NCBI RefSeq assembly: GCF_006345805.1
Contig: NW_021824011.1
Coordinates: forward strand, 1-20,000
Length of the DNA stretch: 20,000 bases
Origin: Octopus sinensis
Lineage: Eukaryota
Direction: 5' to 3'
Under the pieces are notes generated by a model. It made no database searches and was not told where the DNA came from. It worked only from the letters and a program-made list of their open reading frames with translations. Position 1 is the first letter of the stretch, and the number at the start of each line of letters is the position of its first letter. This document shows, piece by piece, positions 10,543 through 20,000 of the stretch. The translations under genes were made by a program, and so were the position numbers.

Positions 10543-10622
10543 GATCGCACTGACGAAACTGCGGACAATTGGATTATATAAGTAATTCTTTTGTTAATAG
10601 TTGAAACCGCCGGTATGTGATT
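10543..10622 (+). ncRNA. Type I hammerhead ribozyme, copy 2 (predicted cleavage after GUA at 10615)
   Basis: GATCGCA (10543-10549), CTGACGA (10550-10556), AACT (10557-10560) ... AGTT (10599-10602), GAAA (10603-10606), CCGCCGGTA, TGTGATT (10616-10622). Core and helices are identical to copy 1; differences fall only within the helix II insert. Confidence 0.85.
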
Positions 10623-10842
10623 AATTCTGTTTGTTTTTATATAATTTTCATCTGTCTTGCCCGCCTAATTGTTCTGGCGTCCGCTGAATTTCCCTCTAGA
10701 AAACATCTATTTCTAGCATACGGCCGACTACCTAGTGGTCTTGCCCTTTGAATATATACATATACATACATCATACACACACACACCCACACACCACACA
10801 CACATATATATATATATCATATCTATATATATATATATATAT

Positions 10843-10964
10843 ACCAGAGTAAGTACATAAATGTGAAACAAGATGGAAAGAATAGTATTCGAATGCCAGT
10901 TGTAGAGTAATATGCTTATTAAAATGCAGTAAAAATATCACAAAAAATCTGTTACTCAGAATTT
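10843..10964 (-). mobile_element. Truncated interspersed repeat fragment, possibly ending in the 3' half of another hammerhead
   Basis: Unique-looking ~120 bp between TA runs. The minus strand at 10964-10949 reads AAA-TTCTGAG-TA-acag. I recall a similar octopus repeat, but this is unverified. Confidence 0.3.
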
Positions 10965-10980
10965 ATATATATGTATAACG

Positions 10981-11264
10981 GTCATATGTTCGATTACCGG
11001 CTGCGCTTGATGTCCTTGTGAAAGACACTTTGTTTTTCAGGTTGCTCCAGTCCACTCAGATGGGAAAAATGAGTAGTACCTGTAATTCAAAAGGCCAGCC
11101 TTGTCACATTTTGTGTCACGCTGAGTCTCCCCGTGAACTAAGCAAAGAGTACGCATGTCTCTGAAGTACTCAGCCACTTGGACGTTAATTTGTTAATTTT
11201 AGGAACATGCTGTTCCGATGATCGGATCAACGGGAACACTCATCGTCATCACCCACAGAATGTC
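10981..11264 (+). mobile_element. tRNA-derived SINE, family C1 (5' end clipped)
   Basis: B-box-like tgttcgattacc (10987-10998), CORE-like tgtccttgtgaaagacactt, then gttgctccagtccactcag (11041-11059), identical to 18148-18166. Confidence 0.8.
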
Positions 11265-11266
11265 TG

Positions 11267-11267
<1 letters not shown>

Positions 11268-11355
<88 letters not shown>

Positions 11356-11365
11356 GGAGGGAGGG
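11268..11365. repeat. (TA)n followed by (GA)n microsatellite
   Basis: Directly visible perfect runs. Confidence 0.97.
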
Positions 11366-13089
11366 TGAGATAGAGAGTGACGTAATTACATATATAGGTA
11401 AATAGATAGATACATAGATAAAGAAATATCTTTTAAAATGTACGTATGCCCGTGTGGGTAAGTATATAACATAATGAATGATTTTCTATATATAAAAACA
11501 TAAATACACGCAGAAATATTCACATGCAGATATATCATAATAAAGATGATGATGATGATAATAATAACAACAACAACAACATTTTTTTTTATTGAAACCA
11601 TACATATTGCAAACGTGAGTTTCGACTTTTACCAACAGTCACGGAACGAATAAAAGAAATTTATCAATATGCCTCATATTTACGTGTGTAATAAAAAATA
11701 AACCGTTGAATGTATGACGTGTTGATTTGATTGAAAACGCATGACAATGTAACTCATATCTACTGGTGTTTATGTATTTGGAAATATTTCAATGAAAATT
11801 TCTATTTAAGTCGGCTGAAAACGTTGAGTATGTGACGCATTTTAAAACGCATCTTCCAGTTGATTTCCAGGGTTTATTATGCTAAAAGGTTGTCGAATCT
11901 TTAAGCATTTATGAATATTTAAAAACAGAATCGTAATTAGGCGAAAAATATATTGGTTCTTGACTAGCGTTAAAATTTCCTGTGGAACTCATCATTACCT
12001 TGTGTATAGTGTTTGATCTCATCTAAATGAGTTCATAGTTCCTGATAGAGTTATATACAAAATATCACATTTACTTTGATGTTATAAAGTATTTTAAGAC
12101 TTCTGAAAGTGTTTGTGTGTTAATTAATTCTTACCTTGAAAGGAAACTTAGTTTTATCGATATAACTCTTAGTAAATGAATCGTTAGCTTCAAATACTTT
12201 TGCATAGTACTCTTATGGTTTCGACAGACTACTTATTTCGTGTGAAATTTGCGAGTTTAAAGCAATTACACGAAACGAAGAACACTGAACACAAGTGTTT
12301 ACAGTTTTTGATATTCCTGTTCCTTATTACTGTAGTACAGAACAGAAACTATATTCAACCTTATTCCGATTAAATCCTCATACACCATTGTTGATTTTTA
12401 TAAAACCATTTTCTTAATGAGTTAAAAATAGATTTAGTGATACTTGTACTCGCATTTAGACCTGGACAAATTACTATATTCTTCTTTTACGGAACCAGAT
12501 AACTTATGTTGTTATTTGTGCAATTAATCTTTTTCTAAAAACCCACTCAGTTTTAATGCATTATGATAATACGGTAAGATTTGTTAAAGGTAGACACCCC
12601 TATCATGTACCGGATGACCGTGATTTTCCACAACCATCACGGCGACAACCACCACTACCACTACCTCACCCCATCATATTAGTATCACCACCACAATCAT
12701 ATCATCATAGTCATTATTTTTCGTCTCGTTCTCCTGCTTATCCTCCTCATCCTTCCCCATCATTATAGCACCAGGCAGAGGTCAAGATGACCATGATCTA
12801 CCTCAAAACAACAGCTTCTGCTTTAAACCTAGAAATATCCACCTCTAAACAAACTATTTAAGTTCTTTTTTTTCGATTGTAGCTGTTCAACTTAATTTAG
12901 AAGACTGAGACACAAAAGAGCAGCGAAAAGATCTTGATAGAATTCAAGAAAATAATTCAAAACTTTGCGAATTTCCAAGAAAATATTTCACTGATCGGAC
13001 AAAAGCAAAATTTTGTTTGAAATTAAGAGTGACACAACTGATTTGTTTAACTAACAACGTTTTCTTCTCTCTACATCTGCTCCTTCGTC

Positions 13090-13670
13090 TCCATTTTCTC
13101 TTTCATGTTTTTGCACATCATCACCATCCCTTTCTCCTCCTCCTCCTCCTCCTTCTCCTCCTCCTCCTTCTCCTCCTCCTCCTTCTCCTCCTCCTCCTCC
13201 TCCTCCTTCTCCTCCTCCTCCTCATCATCATCATCATCGTTACCAGACAGCTACCCTCAATCAATACCACCACCACAGCCATCACTACTACCACCACCAC
13301 CACCACCACAACCACCACCATACCACCACCACTACCACCACCACCACCACGATACCACCACACAGCAACCATTACCATCACCACCAAAATCATCATAGTC
13401 ATTCTTACTCTCTTTCTCCGTTTCCTGCTTATCCTCCCTCCTCCCACTCTTTCTCTTTCCTCACACACTTTATCTCTCCTCTCCCTCTTTGTCCTTCTCC
13501 TCTCCCTACCCCTTGTCCCTCTTCACCCACTCTCTTCCCTATCCTTTCACTCTCTTCCCTCTCCGCTCACTGTCTTCCCTCTCCTCTCCCTCTTTGTCCT
13601 CCTCTCCTCTCGTCAAACTCCTCCTCTCTCTCCTCCACATCATCATCATCATCATCGTCATCATCGCTGA
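13090..13670. repeat. Pyrimidine-rich low-complexity tract: (CCT/CTT)n, (CAT)n, (CCA)n, CT-rich
   Basis: Directly visible; ORFs are poly-L/S/T/P translations. Confidence 0.9.
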
Positions 13671-13738
13671 CTACTTCTTTGGCGTCATACTCAGGTACCC
13701 CAAATACCGACTGCCAACACCTATACCCACAATACCCA

Positions 13739-13882
13739 TTTCTTTACTACCCACAAGGGGCTAAACATAGAGGGGACAAACAAGGACAGACAAACGGAGT
13801 AAGTCGATTATATCGACTCCAGTGCGTAACTGGTACTTATTTAAGCGACCCCGAAAGGATGAATGGCAAAGTCGACCTCGGC
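13739..13882 (-). mobile_element. SINE family A, 3' half (head lost at the edge of the CCA array)
   Basis: tttctttactacccacaaggggctaaac...aagtcgattatatcgactccagtgcgtaactggtacttatttaagcgaccccgaaaggatgaatggcaaagtcgacctcggcg. Its reverse complement overlaps the copy at 1145-1277. Confidence 0.8.
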
Positions 13883-13902
13883 GACCACTACAACAACAGT
13901 CA

Positions 13903-14718
13903 TAATCCCCGTCAACCACCAACGCAGTCACCACCACCACCATCACCACCACCACCACCACCACTACCACCACCACCACCACCACCACCACCACAACCAC
14001 CGTCACCACCACAACCACCGTCACCACCATCACCACCACAACCACCACCACCGTCACCACCACCACCACCACTACCACCACCACCACCACCACCACCACC
14101 ACAACCACCGTCACCACCACAACCACCGTCACCACCACCACCACCACCACTACCACCACCACCACCACCACCACCACAACCACCGTCACCACCACAACCA
14201 CCGTCACCACCATCACCACCACAACCACCACCACCGTCACCACCACAACCACCACCACCACCACCACCACCACCACCACACCACCACCACAACCACCGTC
14301 ACCACCACAACCACCGTCACCACACCACCACCACCACCACCACCACCGTCACCACCACCACCACCACTACCAACACCACCACCACCAACCACCACCACAA
14401 CCACCGTCACCACCACAACCACGTCACCACCATCACCACACCACCAACCACCACCACCGTCACCACCACAATCACCACCACCACCACCACCGTCACCACC
14501 ACAATCACCACCACCATCACCACCACAACCACCACCACCGTCACCACTACCACCACACCACCACCACCACCACCACCACCACCACCACCACCACCACCAC
14601 CACCACAACCACCGTCACCACCACAACCACCGTCACCACCATCACCACCACAACCACCACCACCGTCACCACCACCACCACCACCACCGTCACCACCACA
14701 ACCTCCACCATCATCATC
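13903..14718 (+). repeat. CCA-rich minisatellite containing the 18-mer caaccaccgtcaccacca, with higher-order block duplications
   Basis: Repeated caccacaaccaccgtcaccaccacaaccaccgtcaccaccatcacc blocks near 13990, 14170 and 14600. Confidence 0.92.
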
Positions 14719-14777
14719 GTCTCTGTAGGACTGATAGTGAAGAAGCTATATTCAGTGGCGCTGTTTGTAGAGGCTTT

Positions 14778-16113
14778 GGTTGTAGCGGTGGTGGTGGTAG
14801 TGGTGATGGCTGCAGTGGCGATGGTGACAATGGTGGCAATGGTGGCGATGGTGGTTGTGGTGGCGATGGTGGTTGTGGTGGCGATGGTGGTTGTGGTGGC
14901 GATGGTGGTTGTGGTGGCGATGGTGGTTGTGGTGGCGATGGTGGTTGTGGTGGCGATGGTGGTTGTGGTGGCGATGGTGGTTGTGGTGGCGATGGTGGTT
15001 GTGGTGGCGATGGTGGTTGTGGTGGCGATGGTGGTTGTGGTGGCGATGGTGGTTGTGGTGGCGATGGTGGTTGTGGTGGCGATGGTGGTTGTGGTGGCGA
15101 TGGTGGTTGTGTTGGTGGCAATGGTGGTTGTGGGCAATGGTGGTTGTGGTGGCGGATGGGTGTTGTGGTGGCGATGGTGGTTGTGGTGGCGATGGTGGTT
15201 GTGGTGGCGATGGTGGTTGTTGTGGCAATGGTGGTGTGGTGGCAATGGTGGTTGTGGTGGCGATGGTGGTTGTGGGGGCGATGGTGGTTGTGGTGGCGAT
15301 GGTGGTTGTGTGGGGGTGGTGGGGTGGCGATGGTGGTTGTGGTGGCGATGGTGGTTGTGGTGGCGATGGTGGTGGTGGTGGCGATTGGTGTTGTGGTGGC
15401 GATGGTGGTTGTGTGGCGATGGTGGTTGTGGTGGAGATGGTGGTTTGGGTGGCGATGGTGTTGTGGTGGCGATGGTGGTCGATTGGTGGTTGTGGTGGCG
15501 ATGGTGGTGGTGGTGGCGATGGTGGTTGTTGGTGGCAATGGTGGTTGTGGTGGCGATGGTTGGTGTGTGGTGGCAAGTGGTTGTGGTGGCAATGGTGGTT
15601 GTGGTGGCGATGGTGGTTGTGGTGGCGATGGTGGTTGTGGTGGCGATGGTGGTTGTGTGGCGATGGTGGTTGTGGTGGTGATGGCGGCGGCGTGGTGGTT
15701 GTGGTGGCAATAGTGGTTGTGGTGGCGATGGGGTTGGCGGCGGCGGTGTGGTTGTGGTGGCGATGGTGGTTGTGGTGGTGATGGCGGCGGCGGTGGTGGT
15801 TGTGGTGGCGATGGTGGTTGTGGTGGCAATGGTGGTTGTGGTGGCGATGGTGGTTGTGGTGGCGATGGTGGTTGTGGTGGCGATGGTGGTTGTGGTGGCG
15901 ATGGTGGTTGTGGTGGCGATGGTGGTTGTGGTGGCGATGGTGGTTGTGGTGGCAATGGTGGTTGTGGTGGTGATGGCGTCGGCGACGGTGGTGGGGATGG
16001 CGGCGGCGGTGGTGGTTGTGGTGGCGATGGTGGTTGTGGTGGCAATGGTGGTTGTGGTGGTGATGGCGTCGGCGACGGTGGTGGGGATGGCGGCGGCGGT
16101 GGTGGTTGTGGTG
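14778..16113 (-). repeat. TGG-rich 18-bp minisatellite (ggcgatggtggttgtggt)n; indel-rich centre and a 90-bp higher-order duplication at the right end
   Basis: Perfect 18-bp periodicity at ~14830-15110 and ~15800-15960. tgatggcgtcggcgacgg recurs at 15971 and 16061. Confidence 0.95.
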
Positions 16114-16184
16114 CAGCAATACATATAAAAATGGGCGTGTAACAAACGGCAAGCAAGGAAAAAAAAAACATTGTGAGAAGCGAA

Positions 16185-16226
16185 ATAATAAAAAGAATAA
16201 TAATAACGATGATGACGTTGATGATG

Positions 16227-16274
<48 letters not shown>

Positions 16275-16292
16275 TAATAATAATAATAATAA
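16185..16292. repeat. (TAA)n microsatellite
   Basis: Directly visible. Confidence 0.95.
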
Positions 16293-16609
16293 TCAAACGT
16301 ATGTAACGAAGTATCTTTTCCTGGATGCTGCTGGGATTTGTTTGTTTTTTTATTATCGTCGCGTCGTCGTCGTCGCGTTGAGGTTGTTCGCGATGATGTT
16401 GTTTTTGTTGTTGTTGCTGTTGGTGTTGTTAACTCAGATATTCCTGGAGTTGTTATTTTTTTCTATAATTCTTTTTTTTTGGTTGTTGTTGTTGTTGTTG
16501 TTGTCGTCGTTGTTGTGGTTGGTGTTAGTTTTGAGCGGAATTGTATAAGAAAGCAAAGGAACACCAAGGAATGACATGATGATGACGACAACGACCACGA
16601 CGATGATGA

Positions 16610-16773
16610 TGATATATACATACGTACACACACACACACACGCACACACACACACATATATATATTCACATACACACACAGTTACATAAAATATATAGGT
16701 AAGTACAAATATATATATATATTGTACTTACTTATATATATTATGTGAGTGCTGGTGTGTATATATAGGTATA

Positions 16774-16825
<52 letters not shown>

Positions 16826-17090
16826 ATACATATATATGTATATGTGAGTAAATATACAATCATACTACATACATGTGTACACATACATATATACATATGT
16901 ATCTATACACATACACGCACGTAGACAGACACATCTATAAAGATATGCATTTAAATATGTATGCATACAAACAAACATATATATGTATATATATATATAT
17001 ATAATATATTATATATACATACATGTATACATATACATATGTATACATATATATATGCATATACACATGAATATATATATACATATATAT

Positions 17091-17121
<31 letters not shown>

Positions 17122-17480
17122 CATATATATTTACATATATATACATATGTATATATATACATATACATATGTATATATATATATATATATGCATATACAT
17201 ATGTAAATATACATATATATATATATGAATATACATATATATATATATATAAACATATGTATAAATATATACATATACGTACATACACACACACACATAT
17301 ATATATACATATGTATATATATATAAATTTACATATATATATATATATACATATATACATATACGTACACACACACACATATATATATGCATATGTATAT
17401 ACATATATATCTATATAAATTCACACACAAACACAGACACATACACCCCCACATAGATATATATGTAAGTATATACATAT
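16610..17480. repeat. Compound (TA)n/(CA)n microsatellite block
   Basis: Directly visible. Confidence 0.93.
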
Positions 17481-17834
17481 GAAATCATATGCGTAAGATA
17501 GGAAGGCCATCATTATGTTTGTTTCATTGATTTGTATTTGTGATCATTTGAAATGTTCCGAGTACAGATCCGGATTGGATTGGTTTGATTGATTGTACGT
17601 GTTCACGTGAGTGTCTGTGTGTGTGTGCTTCTTTTCCTGTGAGTGTGTGTTTGTGTGTTGTGTGTGTGTGTGGTGTGTGTGTGTGTGTGCATGTGTACGT
17701 GTTTGATGTGTCTCACTTATGTAATGTTCAATTATTGGTACAACCAGGGAGTGAGAAAAAAAAATGGCGAGAAGTTGTGAAAGAGATGAAACAATGTCAA
17801 TGGCTGGAGATGGAAAGATTGATACGCGTACATT

Positions 17835-17851
17835 GTGTGTATATGTGTGCA

Positions 17852-17882
<31 letters not shown>

Positions 17883-18050
17883 ATGTATGTATGTATGTAT
17901 GTATGTCTGTCTGTATGTATGTATGTATGTATGTATGTATGTATGTATGTATGTATGTATGCTTGTATCTATGCCTGAACGTGTTCATATATAGGTATAT
18001 ATATGTATATATATTTATATATTATATATATATATAATGTGTGTGTGTGT
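17835..18050. repeat. (TG)n/(TATG)n/(TA)n microsatellite block
   Basis: (TATG)n at ~17865-17960 is nearly perfect. Confidence 0.93.
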
Positions 18051-18350
18051 GAAGGCGCATCGCTCAGTGCTTAGAGCGTCGAGGTTGGGAGTTCGAATCT
18101 CAAACCGGGCTACGTGATGTGTTCTTGATCAAGGCATTTTATTTCACGTTGCTCCAGTCCACTCAGCTATGGAAATGAGTTGCAACGTCACAGCTACCAA
18201 GCTGTATGGCTTTTGCCTTTCCCATGGATAACACTGGCGGCATGGAGAGGGAAAGCTGGTATGCATGGTCTTCCATAGACAACCTTGTCCGGAATTGGCA
18301 GGGTAAATTTCTAGGTACAATCACATGGTCAGTCATGACCGAAGGATGTC
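18051..18350 (+). mobile_element. tRNA-derived SINE, family C2
   Basis: tRNA-like head gaaggcgcatcgctcagtgcttagagcgtc (A box) and agttcgaatct (B box, 18090-18100), CORE-like tgttcttgatcaaggcatttt, shared gttgctccagtccactcag block, then a tail unrelated to the C1 copy. Confidence 0.85.
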
Positions 18351-18359
18351 ACAGTAGAG

Positions 18360-18424
18360 CATACGTATATGTATGTATATAAATGCATTTATGTCTATAT
18401 ATATTGTATATATACACAGTATAT

Positions 18425-18477
<53 letters not shown>

Positions 18478-18687
18478 ATGTGTGTGTATATAATATTATA
18501 TATTGTATATATATGCATATATATGTATATATGTCTATATACATATATGTATGTATATATATGTATATATATGTATATGTATGTATGTATATGCATATAT
18601 ATAGTATATATATATATATATATATTATTTATGTATATACATATATATACATACATACATATATACATACATGCATACATATACACC

Positions 18688-18721
<34 letters not shown>

Positions 18722-18738
18722 AATATATATACACACAC
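18360..18738. repeat. Compound (TA)n/(TATG)n/(CA)n microsatellite block
   Basis: Directly visible. Confidence 0.93.
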
Positions 18739-19103
18739 GACGGAAAATTTCAGAATGCAGCTACCGTACTTCCTTCGTCTATATCACTCGACCTGAGGGA
18801 TTCGACATGAGCGGTCCTGGTGTCTGTCTGTTCGTTCTTTTCATCTTGTTGTCTTATGTCACTCTTCTATGAACCACTCACATTTACATAATGGAAAATT
18901 TTCTCTGCAATTATCAGAACAAAGCTCCTAAAACCAGCCTGTTATAACAGGCATTGTTTTATCTTCTACTTCTCATCTCTTCAACTTGTAATGATGTGCA
19001 TACATGCACCCCAACACACCCGATCGAAACACATACACACGTACGTCCATAGATACATACATACATACATACATACATACATACATACACAGATGACTGA
19101 ATT

Positions 19104-19137
<34 letters not shown>

Positions 19138-19221
19138 CATAGAATATATAATATATATATATATATATATATACATAGGATAAAGGAATAAAAGGATATC
19201 CATATATGTGTGTGTGTCTGT

Positions 19222-19337
19222 GGCGCAGTAATGGCTGTGTAGTAAGTAGCTTGCTTACTAAGTATGTAGTTCCGGGTTCAGTCCCACTGCCTGGCACCTT
19301 GGGCAAGTTTCTTCTACTGTAGCCTCGGACCAACCAG
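19222..19337 (+). mobile_element. SINE family B head, 3'-truncated
   Basis: ggcgcagtaatggctgtgtagtaagtagcttgcttact...gggttcagtcccactgcctggcaccttgggcaagtttcttctactgtagcctcgg. Confidence 0.9.
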
Positions 19338-19351
19338 TTTGTGTGTGTGTT

Positions 19352-19393
<42 letters not shown>

Positions 19394-19394
19394 T

Positions 19395-19882
19395 TTTTTA
19401 TTCTTTTATTCTTTTACTTGTTTCAGTCATTTGATTGCGGCCATGCTGGAACACCGCCTTTAGTCGAGCAAATCGACCCCAGGACTTATTCTTTGTAAGC
19501 CTAGTACATATTTTATCAGTCACTTTAGCTTAACCGCTAGGTGACGGGGACGTAAACACACCAGCATCGGTTTTCAAGCGATGTTGGGGGGACTAACATG
19601 GACGCACAAACATACACACACACACGCACAAACATACACACACACACGCACACACACAAGTATATACACACACACACACACAACTCACACATACACACAC
19701 ACACACATATATATATATACGATGGACTTCTTTCAGTTTTTGTCTACCAACTCCGCTCACAAGGCCCTGGTCGGCCCGAAGGTACAGTAGAAGAGACTTG
19801 CCCAAGATTCCAGGCAGTGGGACTGAATCCGGAACCACATGCTTAGTAAGCAAGCTACTTACTACACAGCCGTTACTGCGCC
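19395..19882 (-). mobile_element. Full-length SINE family B with expanded internal (CA)n spacer
   Basis: Colinear with 2660-3060, from the tail (tcttttacttgtttcagtcatttga) to the head (cagccgttactgcgcc). Confidence 0.92.
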
Positions 19883-19920
19883 ACGGACAAACATACACAC
19901 ACACACATATATATGGATAT

Positions 19921-20000
19921 TCTTTTATTCCTTTATTCTATAACTTGTTTTTGCCATTCGACTGAGGCAAGTCGACTCCGGGACTTATCTTTTAAGCCTG
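19921..20000 (-). mobile_element. 3' tail of a further, internally deleted SINE family B copy, running off the window edge
   Basis: tcttttattcctttattctataacttgtttttgccattcgactgaggc...gtcgactccgggacttatcttttaagcctg resembles the family B tail (acttgtttcagtcatttgactg...gaccccaggacttattctttgtaagcctag). Confidence 0.7.

Larger units (their letters stand above)
9871..10757 (+). mobile_element. ORF-less element with two direct repeats (9871-~10234 and 10420-~10757) around a ~185-bp unique middle; putative retrozyme or non-autonomous Penelope-like element
   Basis: By manual comparison the repeats differ by about 9 substitutions, one 1-nt indel and one 25-nt indel; period 548-549 bp. Each repeat contains a full hammerhead core. 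Both ends abut TA-rich microsatellite. The repeat structure is certain; the element class is inferred. Confidence 0.75.

Noticed and set aside
9871-10757. Interpretation of the direct repeats as retroviral-type LTRs (TRIM or plant-type LTR retrozyme)
   Set aside because: No TG...CA termini, no TGG-starting primer-binding site after repeat 1, no polypurine tract before repeat 2 and no discernible target-site duplication. The type I hammerhead fits a non-LTR or Penelope-type element better.
11604-11645. Minus-strand hairpin GACT...AGTC followed by GAAAC
   Set aside because: There is no CUGANGA upstream, so it is not a hammerhead.
11600-12560. About 1 kb of AT-rich unique-looking sequence
   Set aside because: I found no ORF, repeat match within the window, terminal inverted repeats or RNA motif, so it is left unannotated.
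13903-16113. CRISPR array or telomeric repeat
   Set aside because: The units are contiguous with no unique spacers, the context is eukaryotic, and there is no TTAGGG-type motif.
18051-18105. tRNA gene
   Set aside because: A and B boxes are present, but the anticodon arm region is shortened, no acceptor stem closes, and the sequence continues into a SINE body.
68-19904. The many long ORFs in the supplied track ([12 protein letters not shown], poly-E/I/M/L/P/H/T/V/G/W)
   Set aside because: They are translations of di-, tri- and 18-mer repeats that lack stops in several frames at once. They have no domain content or splice context.

Overview
Non-coding, repeat-saturated eukaryotic DNA. I found no supportable intact protein-coding gene, and nearly all listed ORFs are translations of microsatellites. 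The SINE families resemble those I recall from octopus (coleoid cephalopod) genomes; this is pattern recognition, not a database result. Contents: dense di-, tri- and tetranucleotide SSR blocks, about 9-10 tRNA-derived SINE copies or fragments from 3-4 families, one decayed 5'-truncated RTE-clade LINE (1795-2617, minus) and two head-to-head 18-bp minisatellite arrays (13.9-16.1 kb). The main finding is at 9871-10757: an ORF-less element set between TA-rich microsatellites, made of two ~97% identical direct repeats. Each repeat carries a complete type I hammerhead ribozyme core with a palindromic, dimer-type helix III, and the predicted cleavage sites lie 548 nt apart. This is the architecture of a retrozyme or non-autonomous Penelope-like element that could release a ~548-nt linear or circular RNA. 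Two further degenerate or truncated hammerhead-like remnants flank it within ~300 bp. A second notable structure is a local inverted duplication of a SINE head plus its flank at 19176-19940.
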